Of a stretch of DNA of 64,000 bases, positions 49,450-62,925 are shown piece after piece; the first letter of the stretch is position 1; every line of letters starts with the position of its first letter. The notes below the pieces were generated by a model. It was given only the letters and a program-made list of their open reading frames with translations. It ran no database searches and was not told the origin of the DNA. The stretch comes from Eledone cirrhosa (Eukaryota). The stretch spans positions 12,524,001 through 12,588,000 of the forward strand of contig OZ024747.1 in assembly GCA_964016885.1 (NCBI GenBank), given 5' to 3'. The position numbers and the translations under genes were made by a program.

Positions 49450-52400
49450 ATATATGTATATATATATAATTGTTTCTACTTTTGGCACAAGGCCAGCAAT
49501 AAACCAGTACATTACTAGTACTTTATTATGAACATATAATAGTGACTCTTTTTGCTCCATCCCACATCCTGGATACTGTAATAAAAGTGAGGATCACTGC
49601 TTCCGTAGTTGAACGGAATAACATTCTAATATATCGGGAGTTTTCGACAAACTATTTTTTCCAGACTGTGGTGTTGGAGTCGTTTGTGGGAACCAGACCA
49701 CTGACAACGAAGTTTTTGTCATCGTTGGGAGCTCGCGTGAGGGTGCTTGGTTATTTTAGTACACTTAGTCTTGCTTTTATACGCGGTAATACTGTGAGCG
49801 AGCTGCCTTGCCTTAAAACTATTAGAGGGTGGTTCCAACGCCCCTCATGATGTGTGATAAAATGTACCGGTTTTCTTTTCTATTTCTCTACTTCTTTTTT
49901 TCTTCTACTGTATTTATATCAATATGAACTGATTTATACTAATAGTGTAAACTGATACTTGCTTTAACTATAGATTGTATTACGAGTTTTAGTTGTCGTG
50001 TTACAGTTTCGGTAACTGAATATGTTGCCTTGTTTCAATACCAACATGAAAACTTCCCACTTATATCATTATAAATGCATGAACCTCAACGTACAGCATA
50101 CCTTATTTTGTTAACTGTCATTGACACTAAACTTGTTATGCATAAACACGATCTTTTCGTAGATAACGACTTTGTGTATGTTTTATATACAACTAAAACG
50201 ACTCTTCTACGCTGAAATTGTGACTTTTTACTTAAATATTATGAAATGATAACGATGTCTTAAGGGAGTGAATAGGGAGGTTGTGGTGTTCATGGTTTTC
50301 CCAAGGGCTTTCGCAATAATGTAAAATTTTAAATGTAAGAGAATAGTAAAAAAAAACAGAGAGAGAGAGAACACGGATAAAATGTCAGGAAGATGAAATG
50401 AATGAAAATGGGAAAGAAAGAAAGAAAGAGTGAGAGATAGATGGACGAGGTGACAGAGTTATGAGGGGGGGGGGGGTGAAGAGAAGGAAAGAACGATTTA
50501 ACACGAGGAAGTGAATAAAGCAGGAGAGGGAAAGAGAAAGAGCACTAGTGAAAGAGAACTTGTAATCTGCACTATTAGAAAGACAGAAAAAAGAAAATAG
50601 TGAAAGAGAAAGAATATTAAGAAGAAAGATAGAGAGAACGAGTGAATGAAATAGATAAGATGTTCAGTGGTTGTTGGGGGTTGTGCTAGCTGTTACAACT
50701 ACTACTACTTAGTTTTAATATAAGACACCGTTGTTTCTTTCAGGCTGTCAAAGAAGGATTCTAGCAGTCTTTTTTTAGTTTCTTCTCTTTCGTTCTGATT
50801 TTCCCCTCCTCCGCCTCTTTCTCTTTCTCTACTACACTCCTATTAGATCGTTGGTGAAAAACTGCATCACCACTCAAGGTTACACATTTCCACAGCTCTC
50901 GTCTCTTTCCGAAGACCACGGTTTACGGTATCAAATTATAGTCGAGTTTGACCAGAACCTGATTACACTGAGAATTATAAAAGGTGGGTATAAAAAAGAT
51001 AACAGTTATTTTTATTTATTTTGTCTAATTGGCATTTGTTTTGCCTTTTATTTTAAAATTAATTTACGCTCGATACACTATTTAATTGAACCTCTAAGTT
51101 TTAAAGCTAAATTTCATTGATAAAAGACTTACATGTAGAAAGAAGGGAATTCTTAGTTACGTATACATCTATATATATACCTTTATTACTCATATTTATA
51201 ATTAGCGTACATAAATATATGTACACCGTATGAACATGTTTATGCAGGCTGCTGGAAAAAAATCATTCAATATTTACAACGTATCCAGTTTGACCATGTG
51301 TCTCTCCCAACATTTTAGAATATATTATATTATAAACGAAAAAAGGGGTAAAAATAGGAAATTTTCATTTGATCGAAACACATTGGAAGGAAATCGTTAA
51401 TCTTCATAAAATCAAATGATTGAATTTGTTATCTAATAACATTACATACCTAGTAATATCAAGAAATATACCGTTTTTCTCTATATAAAAAGTTAACGTG
51501 TAATATATATGACCCTATCTGTATTCGGTGCGATTATTTGTGTAATATAATTTACATTAATTACATAAAATGTTTTGTGTTATTTTATTGTCAAACTTTA
51601 GTATAGGTATTTCACGTATTAAGTTACATACAAACACGATGTGCTTCTAAATCTGATATCTATCACGGATATTTGTACAATTGAGATAGCATTTGAATTG
51701 TAATCTACATTTCGTTTTTTACAACATATATGGCCTTGTGGTGGAGGTGTTCGCTTTGCAACCACGTGCTTTCGAGTTCGAACCATCAGACTGCAACATA
51801 AGTAAATGTCTTTTGTTATATTATCTTGATAATTAATAATATGTGCACGGGTTTTATTAAGTAGACAGAAGCTGTGCTGAAGCCTTCGGATACACGCATG
51901 CTAACACACACATTTTCTTTTCTTAAAAGACAAGAAAAATACTGCTTACTCGTATTGATTGCTTATTCAGTTAACGTTTTAAGTAGGATGGTATTATAAA
52001 CACCCACTACAATATATACAAAACAAAATAATTTAATTTCTTTTAAAATAACACATACACAAACTGTAGCTACACACACACACATACACACATATATGTA
52101 TGTATAAGTGTATGTAAAAGGTAAACAGAAATAACAAAAATAATGGCACAGTACATGGAAGAAATATATTAGTTTAACGCTTGAATTAGTGTGTGTGTGT
52201 GTATGTAATTTTAAGATTAATTAGTTGAATTAAATTTTACTTTATTTTTGTTTGTCCACAATTCATAATTATAGAAATAACATTCCGTTTCTATAGAAAA
52301 TCTGACATTATCTTGATTAATATTATACATTATAAATAGGAAAAATTGAAGTGCATGATTTAAACATTTCCTGAATTTAGCCTCCTGCAAACAAATCGAA

Positions 52401-53024
52401 AGTATTTAGTAAATAGAAGCATTGAAAAAGGAAACTATACAATAATAAAAGTTTTTTTTTTTTTTTTTTTTTTTTCATCAACATTATTGTAATCTACATC
52501 GTGGAAAACGTATTTCTGCCAAAATATCATTAAAGCATGTCTTATTATTGGCACTAAACTGTAGTTATGTCTATATTGCTAATTGGTAGAGCGTCGAGCG
52601 AAATGCCTTGCGATATTTATTCCGCCTCCTTGTGGATTTACTTCAAAGGTCAACTTCTCCTTTCGTTGTTTCGGGATCGTTAAAGAATGAACCTGTCTAA
52701 GGCAGTGAGTCGATGGAGTGGTTAGAGCATCTAATATGATATTTTGCTATATATATTGTGCTGGTTTTAAATACCTATATGATTATCTAGGGTTGTAGAC
52801 TTAATTGGTTGCCCGGTTTAACACGATCACAAAGACCTTGTCAGATTTTAACGGAGTCCATTCTATAACAAGATTTCAGCAAGGTCCCTGGTTTCTGAAT
52901 ACCTTCCTCACTCATTCACACGAGTTTTGAATACCCTGCAAAGGGCCATACCACACTGCCCTTTTTCCTGGGTTAAAAAAAAAATGTTTTCTACTATATA
53001 TAGATATATTTCTCCACGTTATTA

Positions 53025-53062
<38 letters not shown>

Positions 53063-53151
53063 GATATATTAACAAATGGAAACTGTTGAGTGCTTTATAT
53101 CAGTTATAAAATATTTGCTTGTTGTATCCCAACAATTTAAATAGAATTTCT

Positions 53152-53183
<32 letters not shown>

Positions 53184-53403
53184 CGGCGATGAATTAGTTT
53201 TGCGAGGTTTTTTTATATGAAATCGTGTGTCGAAACAAATATTGTTATACTTGGGGACGGTCATATTTGTGCATATATATATTATAGGGGTGTATATGAA
53301 AGCATATATGGTATATTTATGTACAATATACATACGAGAGTCTTGTTATGAATTTTGTTTTTTTAAGTTATGATCATGTAACAGCTATTTCGGTAACAGT
53401 GAG

Positions 53404-53450
53404 AATGTCTGGCAGCTATTTCTGGATTTTTATCCGTCATCAGTGACATT
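53404..53450 (-). ncRNA. Decayed hammerhead
   Basis: Minus strand aatgtca-CTGATGA-cGGATaaaaATCCa-GAAA-tagctg-CC-agacatt; U16.1 lost. Confidence 0.55.
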
Positions 53451-53929
53451 TAGTCGTTTCTGAGACAAAAATAGACTAAAACCTATATGGTTTTTTGCAT
53501 ATAGTGCAAACTATATGCAAATGAGCATTGTGGATATTTCATACGGAAACAAACAACAGAAAATTCAGCGAATGCAGAAGACTGTTTTCATTGCATAGTG
53601 TACTATAGACAATTCCCTGTTACACCACACCTATAACTACTGCTCACAGGGCGTCGCCTGGTCATTAAGAAATAACTGTATGGACTCATATTTATTTGTA
53701 TTTAGTCTCGCTGTGAAATTAGGCCTACAAAATTATTTTAGGTAACTCAGAATAAGGCTTGAACTTGTGTGTTTCATTGTTGTTTAACCCTTTCATTACT
53801 CATCATCATCGTTTAGCGTCCATCTTCCATGCTTTAATGAAATATTCTGCCTATATGTTTCAATTAATTTGGAAAATAAAAAATATTTGAAGTTTTTTTT
53901 TCATTAGTAAGCTGATATTTAGAACATAA

Positions 53930-54390
53930 CTTATACCGATGACTTAGTCTTCACAGCCAAGTCTGCAGCAGAAATAGAGAAACATATTCCAGTATGGAAG
54001 TAAAACATGGATTCTAAAAACCTGATAGTCAACTTAGCAAAAACTAAAATTCCAGTATGTAAAAAGAGAAAACAAAGCTCTGACCCTCAAGGAATTGGCA
54101 GTGCTTGGTACGCAGGAAAGGAGTAGGTAGAAATTTCATCTTATGTACAAAATATAAGCTATGGTCATACAAAAGATCTAGCAGGATCTCAGGCAAGCTG
54201 GCAAAGAATATAGGCTTTGTATGCAACAGATGCACAGGAGCAGTGAACAACAAGAGCTCATGAAACCAGCACTGTCAAATGTTCAGATGGCTGCAGACAG
54301 CTTCCACTACCTGGGGTACCAAATTAGTAGTGGAGGAGGTTGTTCTGAAAGTACAGCAACCAGAGTTAGGATCAGCTGAAGGAAACTTAC
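53930..54390 (+). mobile_element. Decayed RTE LINE fragment (family of 35770-36715)
   Basis: YTDDL, VNLAKTK, RKGVGRNFILC, FHYLG remnants. Confidence 0.8.
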
Positions 54391-54744
54391 CAAAGAAAGT
54401 GTCAGGAGTACATTTCAGTTGTGTCATAGGCATGATAATCTCCCTAATGTTGGTGATTTACATGATAAAGACACCCAAGATGTTCTGTAAAGTAGTTGGT
54501 TATAGGAAGAGAATCTAGCTGTAGAAAACCTGCCAAAAAAGGGACAGGTAGGTTCTTCAACTATGCCAAAGACAGGGCAATTTCCCTAGTGTTTGTACCA
54601 TAAGTAAATGTACTTGGTAGAGGACATGATTGTATGTCAGGTCTCTGGTCCACCTAGTGATCAGAGGCTCTGCTTCGGTACTGACTGGTCTGTGATGACA
54701 TTTCCAACCCTTGCTAACAGGGAAAATATGGATGGTAAATGATG

Positions 54745-54792
<48 letters not shown>

Positions 54793-54884
54793 TATCCTGG
54801 GTTCAATCGGGGGTAACCTCAGTAAGTAAGGTACTCAATATATAGCAGAGTATGAATATTTAATATAGAAATGGCTTCTACGGG

Positions 54885-54920
54885 TCTAGAACTGTTTCAT
54901 TTGGGAGAAATCATCAGGAA
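54885..54920 (-). ncRNA. Decayed hammerhead in a (TA)n-flanked module (54790-54928)
   Basis: Minus strand CTGATGA-tttctcccaaat-GAAA-cagttcta; stems I and III imperfect. Confidence 0.4.
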
Positions 54921-55542
54921 AGCCCTGTATATATATATATAGACATATATTCTTGTTAGCACCAACCCCCCTCCCATCCCCCACATTAAATTATATATAT
55001 GTGTAGGTGTCACGACAAAAAGCACCCAGCACACACTAAATGTGGTTGGCGCTAGGAAGGGCATCCAGCCATAGAAAACCAGCTAGAAACAGTTCTATAC
55101 GAGAAAGACATGGTCACCCGACCAATCTTGCCTCAAGTGGGGCAAGACCTTCTAACCTATGCTAGCGTGGAAGATGGACGTTAAACAACAATGATGATGA
55201 TGATGATGATGATACTCTCTGGTCCTAAATAATAGGCGCGGAATCAATAATTTTTCTAGGTTGTCTCCATTGATTTTTTTTTAAAACCCAGAATTAGTCG
55301 TTTAGTTTACATACTGTTTACATCCTATTTTATAGCGTATGGGATTTCTAGTAACATACCTTTTTTTTTTTTTGTCGTGTATAATGTTTTTAATGCATAA
55401 AGAAAATTGTCACAGGAATGTCACCACTTAAAATAAAATTTCGCCAGAGATAGATTAGCAAAATTTAATAAGCGTAGTGGGGGTGGGTCTGAATAATTAA
55501 TAAGCAGGTGTGGAGGGGGCCATTATTTGAGACCCTAGAGTG

Positions 55543-55573
<31 letters not shown>

Positions 55574-56148
55574 TATATGTGTGTGTACACAAACATACAC
55601 ACACAGTGAAGGAGATTGAATGTATGTAAAATAATAGTTTTGTTATAGCTAAATAGTGAGGGGAAGGGAGAGAGAGAATATGTTGGTGAGTGTGATTCAT
55701 TAAGTTGAAACCTATTGTAGTAGGATGTTAGCCTAAGGAGCAATGAAGGTGTTACATGAAGCTTTGTCATGTCATCACCTTCAGTTTAAATGGCAATTGT
55801 TTTCTACTGACTGTCCACACAAACAGGCAGGGTTCTTTTTCTTTCTCCCTGTTATTCAGGAAGTATATCTAATATAACATTATTCAATGTTTTTGCCATC
55901 TTCTTTTGAGTGGGTAGGGTATGATTTGAGAGAGGTTTATTTGCCATTTCTTGCAAAAGTGCTTGGTTATTTTCCACTCTGGTATAGGGTGCAAGGGATT
56001 TTTGAGTGAGTGTTTTATGGCTGGATGTCATTCTTGATACCAACCCCTTAAAACACACAGAAATATAGTGCATCGATTCTAAAAGAAAAAAAACAAGGTA
56101 CATATGGTACTAAGATGAAGAAATTAGTAAGAAAAACAGACAAAGCGA

Positions 56149-56875
56149 CTGGATTGGTAGTATTGCAACTGCATCAGACATGTTTTGTGGCATATAGTCA
56201 TGGCCCTTTATGTTCTGAATTCAAATCTCGCTGAGGTTAGCTTTGCCTTTCATCCTTACAGGCTCGTTTGCCTTAAAAATGTGAGGGGGACAAACCAACA
56301 TTTGTTGATTCTTAAAGGAACATAAATTTCTTATGGTGCCTTTCCCAGACCCTACCACATAAGTAAAATTTTACGCTAATTAAATTTTATATATTCAAAA
56401 AAGTTCAGATATAAAAAAAATAAGCTTAAAAAGAATTTATTATATCAAATAAACAAAAAATAAAACATAGACGTTTGAAAAAGTGGGGGGGGGGGGGCTT
56501 GTCCCCTGGTACCCCACTGAAACAAGGCCCTTGCTTACCTGGTCGCTAAAATAAAGTACCAGTAATGCACTGGGATCAGTTTTAATCAACTTTCCCTTCC
56601 TCCAAATTGTTGGCCTTATGTATAAATCAGAAACCGTTATTATAAAGATGTCAGGGCAATATCGGTAGAGCGTCAGTCAACCTTCTTTGTGGCATAATTT
56701 TAACCCTTTACATTCTGAGTTCAAATCCCATCGAAGTGGTTAGCTTTGCCTTTCATCCTTACGGAGTCAATATAATAAAGCACCAGTAATGCACTGGGGA
56801 TGATTTAATCAACTTTCCCTTCCCCACCAAATAATTGTTGGCTTTATGCCTAAATCAGAAACCATTATTATAAAG
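56149..56875 (+). mobile_element. Two tandem SINEs, the first split by a MITE
   Basis: Core interrupted at catccttac...|...gtcgctaaaataaagtaccag. Confidence 0.75.
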
Positions 56876-57664
56876 ATGTTTACTCAGCTGTAGAAATGAG
56901 ATGATAGGGACTGAGGTCCCTATAATTCCACTGCAAAGTGGTCGTGTAGGTGCCATGGCAAAAAAGCACCCAGCACTCACTGTAAATGAGGTTGGTGTTA
57001 GGAAGGGCATCCAGCTGTAGAAATCAAGCCAGAATCAGTTCCCGTCCCACCCTTGCAAGCAGGGAAAAGTGGATGTAAAATGAAAAAAAAAAAAAAATGG
57101 AATTGCATATTTGTATTTGTATAGGGAACTGCTCTTCTCAGAGACATGATGTATGAAATTCATTATTGTAATGCATTTTAATAGTTTTTTAGCTTTCAGA
57201 ATATAAAAAAAAAATCTGTTTTGAAGATGTTTCACTTATTTCCAAGGAATATTGTTAAGATTCTCACATATTCTTGCTTGTTTTGACTTTCTGGTTAACT
57301 TAATGTCAAAAGATCTTGTGTGGGATTGCTGGCTTTCTGTTGAATAAAGTAATCAATATTTCTGACCTATATTATTTTTTATGACGTTTGATTTTTATGA
57401 TTTTTTCTAACTATAAAACTTTTGGTGTTTGTTTAATAATGTGTAATAATTTGGAGTTGCTTGGTGAGCTTTTTGCAGGAGCTTGCAATATTAGTTAGTA
57501 TGGTTTGTCATCATCATCATCATCATCATATAATATTCATTCTCTCTGCTGACAAGAGTTGGACAAGTCGTTTGAAACCAAGTCAATGCTTAGTAAGATC
57601 TACTGACCTACTAGATGAGTCAGGAATTGCATCTTCCTTATAAATGTTCTCACACTCTATAGAG

Positions 57665-57854
57665 CAGGCATGTCAAACTGAGGATCCCCCAAGGGCCACA
57701 TGGATCATGTGTGTTGTCTGAGGGCCACACACAGCTACTATTGATAATTGTGCACATTACAACCATTTTTTAAATTTTATATTACGAAGATAAAACATGC
57801 TTACGCTGTAAAAAGCTTTGTGTGGGCCACAGGTGTACTTGTTTGTTATGCCTG
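57665..57854. mobile_element. hAT-type MITE (internally deleted relative of 20226-20484)
   Basis: caggcat...atgcctg ends; TSD ctatagag/ctgtagag. Confidence 0.8.
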
Positions 57855-58794
57855 CTGTAGAGTGTACTGGGTGCAGTTTATCATGGTACTAACATTGGGG
57901 AAGTTGTCATGTCTTCAGTGTAATTGAAAAGTCCTCTTGATCCTTTGTTTGGCAAGTTTTTCTATGGCTGGATGTCCACCAACTACTTTACAGAGCACAC
58001 TGGGTGTGTTTTATTTTAGGGTCAGCAATAGTTAATATTATTGTTTAACCTCCCCCGAGGTTGACTTTGCCTTTCATCCTTACGGGGTCGATAAAATAAA
58101 GTACCAGTAATGCACTGGGTAATTGCTGGCCTTGTGCCTAAAGTAGAAACAATTATTGTTTAACCTCAGATCAGCTCTGATTGAGCAGACTTTAACATGG
58201 TAGTGTGTAATTCGAGGGAGATTTCTGTTATTTCTAGCAGATTTAGCAGCTGTATAGTGGCTTCCTTGCTAGATCAGATCTGCTCATAGAGAGCCATAAC
58301 CTGGAGGTAAACATTGAAATAATTAGGTCTAACCTACAGGTAGAGTATCAGAGATACCTTATTTCAGTCTGACCCTGTACCACCTGTATATTCAGTATTG
58401 TGACATCCAAGGCATGTTTTACTCTCTAGTTACACACAATATTGTGTTAACCTCTATGGAGTAAAGCAAGGTAAACCTAGTATGTTACAATACTCAGTTC
58501 TCTGGAATTTATTAGAAACATCTGACAACTGAATATAGAAGTATTCAGTATTGCTGTTATTTTGATGATTAACCTTTTCATTACTATATTTCTAATGAAA
58601 GATATTGCCAATAATTCAGTGTATTTCAGTATAAAATTGGTAATGAAAGGGTTAAATAATCTATGATGAATTTTATGTATTAAATATTATAGTTTCCTCA
58701 TATTAGAATGTTCTACAAATGAGTAGTTAAAGTCTATCATCATCATCATCATTCTACGTCCACTTTTCCCTGCTTGCAAGGGTGAGACGAGTAC

Positions 58795-59120
58795 TATTCA
58801 GCACAGCATCTCTCCATTCGTCACAGTTCTTCGTCATCTCCCCCGTGAGCTTCAGCGATCTGAGGTCAGCTCTGAACCACCTCCGCCCATGTTTTTCGTG
58901 GTCTTCCTCTACCGCTTCATCTTTCCACTGGGATTTCTAGGTACTTCTTTACCCAGCGGTCATCCACCATGCGCATCACATGGCCATACCATCGCAGTCT
59001 TCTCTTCTCCCGCACACTACAGCTTATCCCTCTTATGCACACTTTCTCTCTCAACTCATCTATGCTTGGTCATTCACGCACATTGACATTGTACACCCAA
59101 CGGGGCATGCTTGCTTCATT
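58795..59120 (-). mobile_element. RTE LINE 3' fragment
   Basis: Reverse strand reads ..RRLRWYGHVMRM....GRGRPRKTW. Confidence 0.8.
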
Positions 59121-59915
59121 ATATAATCATATTTTTATTTGAGCTTCTATAAGCTCTGTGTACTATAAAAAGGTTTTGAAATGATACGTGTTATGCCTGA
59201 GGTTTTTATAATTTGTGTGGGATTTTAGTTCCTAGTAAGAATGGTGTGCATCACAAAACCATGTTCTGTAATTTTACTGACGATGTGGTTGTGGTGGGGT
59301 ATAAAATTTGTGGCAGCTGTGTATCTCAGATGTTATTTTGTTTTCTTCTGAAGATAGAATCTCTACATTAGACAGTACAATGGCTCTGGCATCAGTTCAA
59401 GCATTTCTTTAGTGTTTTTTCTAGTTGTTGTTTTACTTGCTTTATAATGGTTCTACTAAAGGGATCTATTACATTCCATTGATGTGTGTTGAGTTAACTA
59501 TTAATAGAAACCCAACAAAATATTTATAATTGACTTTCTTCATTTGATATTATGTAATAACTGTTTACTACTTAAAAAACAATTTATAAACATTTTTTTT
59601 ATTTTCAGAGCTGTCAAATTTGAAAACACTTTTTATCTCAAGAGAAAAAATTATCACTCTAATCATATTGGTTAATCAAGCTGTGATTCTTATCTTTTAT
59701 GTTCTTAGTTATATTTTCTATTGACCTATATATTCTCCAATTGTCTTCATTATCATCAGTATCCTAGATGTAATTGTGTTTCTCTGTTGGCATGGGTTTT
59801 ATAGGTTTTCAATGGTAGAATTTTTTGTAATCTGAACATGTTATCTCTTATGATGCCAAATACTTTCAAGGTCATCTTTACTTCTGCCTTTTCATATAGC
59901 TTGTATTATCTAAAT

Positions 59916-60202
59916 CAGTCATGGGCAACCTGTGGCCAGTGGAGCATTCTGAATGGGTCACCCATGTCACCTAAGTGAAATCTTTGTTTTTTTTACCCCA
60001 ACTTTCCAGTTGTAATTTATCTTTCTATCATTTTTACGATCGAGGAAAACATGTACGAATTCTGAAGAAACAAATTAAAACAACCTGAGTTAATGCCCTT
60101 TTTTTTTTATGTGGGCATGAATCTTAATTAGCAGTTGTGGCCCTCCTGATGATGAGTCATATCTCATGCGGCCCACTTCTCGAAAAAGGTTGCCCATGCC
60201 TG
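59916..60202. mobile_element. hAT-type MITE
   Basis: TIR cagtcatgggcaacct / aggttgcccatgcctg; perfect 8-bp TSD ATCTAAAT. Confidence 0.9.
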
Positions 60203-60339
60203 ATCTAAATACATTTTTTCTTATGCTTGTTTGAAACTTTAATAAATAAAATTTTTAAAAAGCCATATCATAGCCAGGGTTTGATTTATTGGGGAATAAT
60301 GGGAGCAAATGCCCTGGGCTTCCTCTCATCAAACAGCCG

Positions 60340-60540
60340 TCACTCCACCCCCCCTGCAAACAGGAGTCCCTTCTTCAAACATTCCTTCCAGTGAGTCCTA
60401 TCAGAAGCAACTGTCTCCAACTGATCTGGCTGGATCCCCAAGCGAGACCAGCCAAGCTCATGTATGTTATCCAACCATCTAGTTCGGGGTCTATCCCTCG
60501 GTCTCCTGCCAGTTGGTTTGGATCTCTGGAAAGGCACCTA
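60340..60540 (-). mobile_element. RTE LINE 3' fragment
   Basis: PTGRRPRDRPRTRWLDNI...DRTHWK. Confidence 0.8.
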
Positions 60541-61743
60541 AACAATGGCAATCGGGAGTGATAATCCCAATTTTCAAAAAAGGGGAAAGAGAGATTGTTC
60601 CAACTTACATTTCTAAATTTATTTGAATTTTTTTATTTATCTTTTTGGTTTTTATTTTTCCAATAATTTTGTCTTTTTTTTTTTTTTTTAAGATTAAAAA
60701 AGAAGTAATATTTGAAGAGTTTTGATGGATTCAAATTTTCTGTAAGTTGCCATATATTTATTTTTGTTTTAAATGAAGATGAAGCATTTAATTTTTTTTT
60801 TTTTTTTTTTTTTAATAACTCTAAAGCTTTGAAACTTGAGACCGTTTAAAATTTAACATTCAATATTTACATGCTGATATGACCTCTTTTTAACAACATA
60901 ACTTAAATAATATCTTGGAATTAGGTATGTTTACATGCTGTGCCTTCTCTTTTCTGCTGATATAAATACAAACTTTGCTCTTTAGAATTTACTGCATACA
61001 TTCTCCACATCCAGATAAATTTACTCATTGCATGTGCTTCTCTCCTCTTCAAATGTTATCGTTTCTAAACCTCATGTACTGTTTGTTATGTCAAGAACCA
61101 CTAAGAAATTCCATTGTATTCACACAATACAATTGTAAAACCTCCTAATTAAACTGTACTAAATTTACTCATTTATAATATATATTATCTAAACTATAAT
61201 AAAGTAAGGAGCATGGGACTGTGTACAGTTTATAATTTTTTATCCCATTAGTAAAATAAGTTGGATTACTTTGAATAAATAATGAATGAATATTACATAA
61301 TTTATCTATTAAATTTTGTGTTGATTAAATATATTTTATTGTTTATTTAAAGATTCACTTCTTTAAAATTTCTGAAATGTCAACACTTCTGGTTGGCCAT
61401 CGCTTAAATAAACCTACTAATTTTCTGTCACTAACTTTCTGCTAATGCAGTTTATATATAATATCGTCTTTTTTAATGTATCATGGATTACGTTTCTGAT
61501 TACATAAGACAGTATAACACACAGTCTTCGCTCAATTTCTGTGGATATTGTCAATTACGATTTTATTTGATCATATCTACATGCATATATACCTGCGTAT
61601 AATATCAATATACACACTACACATGCTAGCAGAAAACCACCCTCGGGTGGTTTTCTGCTAGTATAACTAATCATCCAAGATGTCTCACTCAGGCTATGAG
61701 CAATACTTTACCTCTTTAGAAGACACTTTATTAAATTAAGTGT

Positions 61744-61943
61744 TTAACCCTTTAGCATTTAAACTTCTTTCTGTTCAAATTGGCTTTAACCAGCTGCTCA
61801 TACTGATGTTAAGGTATTGTTCTCAAAATAAATATCATCAAAATCTCATAGATTTGATATTATGCGAGATAATTATGTAAAATAAAGCTTTTACCACAAA
61901 AATACAATAGTATATATAGAGTAATGTAATGCTAAAGGGTTAA
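61744..61943. mobile_element. piggyBac-type MITE
   Basis: TTAA-CCCTTTAGCATT...AATGCTAAAGGG-TTAA. Confidence 0.85.
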
Positions 61944-62514
61944 ATCTAACACTTGACATGTTCCAAAATGTTTTCTAAGTGCTGTCTTCTGTAACATTTT
62001 CAGTGACCCATTTATTTATTTTTCCCTCGCCTTATACTTTAGACATGGCTGTGTGACTTAAGAGTTTATTTCACAAACACATGGTTTCAGGTTTGGTCAC
62101 ACTGCGTGATACTTTGGGCAAGTGTAGCCTCAACTTGACCAATCCCATCCAATCCAATCCAGGGCCTTCACACTTCTGTTTAGTTTTGGTCATGTCAGGG
62201 GTGTAACCATACTCACCATACTTGGCCAATTGTGGGTTGGTGAGGCTTTTTAAACCATAGTTGAGGTGAATGGCCATTGACTCTGAGGAGTTTGTCTGCC
62301 CTTTTAACAGCTTGTGGTTTTTGTGCTGCTGGGGTTCCACTTAATCTCCTCACCAAACAAGGGTTTGGTGGGGGAGCCTGTTTAGTCTCCGACCACTTGC
62401 ATGTGTGTCTGTGTTTACGAGTGTTGTTTGTTTATGCCCTACAACTTACCAGTTTGACAAATGAAATTGATAAAATAAGTACTAGGGTTGATAAGCTTGC
62501 TTAATTTCCCTCAA

Positions 62515-62925
62515 TATGTTGCCCCAGCATGACCACAATCTAATAACTGGGTTGCCCCAACATGGCCAGTCTTATAACTGGGTTGCCCCAACATGGCCAG
62601 TCTTATAACTGGGTTGCCCCAGCAAGGCCAGTCTAATAAATGGGTTGCTCCAGCAAGGCCAGTCTTATAACTGGGTTGCCCCAGCATGGCCACAGTCTAA
62701 TAAATGGGTCGCCCCAGCATGGCCACAGTTTAATAAATGGGTTGCCCCAGCATGACCAGTCTAATAACTGGGTTGCCCTAGCATGGCCACAGTCTAATAA
62801 CTGGGTTGCCCTAGCATGGCCACAGTCTAATAACTGGGTTGCTCAAGCATGGCCACAATCTAACAAATGGGTTGCCCCAGCATGGCCACAGTCTAATAAC
62901 TGGGTTGCCCTAGCATGGCCACAGT
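62515..62925. repeat. 31-33-bp minisatellite (gggttgccccagcatggccacagtctaataact), about 12 copies
   Basis: Directly visible. Confidence 0.9.

Larger units (their letters stand above)
48140..49850 (+). mobile_element. Old CRE-clade retrotransposon fragment split by a 600-bp insertion
   Basis: STLPKRFRGLSL, LRVG...KCYCG...GLHG, LIWDTTVSD | FAPSHIL...VLES...SLAFIRGN. Confidence 0.75.

Noticed and set aside
50700-51000. Possible exon of a second gene (also acceptor-like site at about 59609)
   Set aside because: Splice-like signals only, with no recognisable coding sequence or partner exons.
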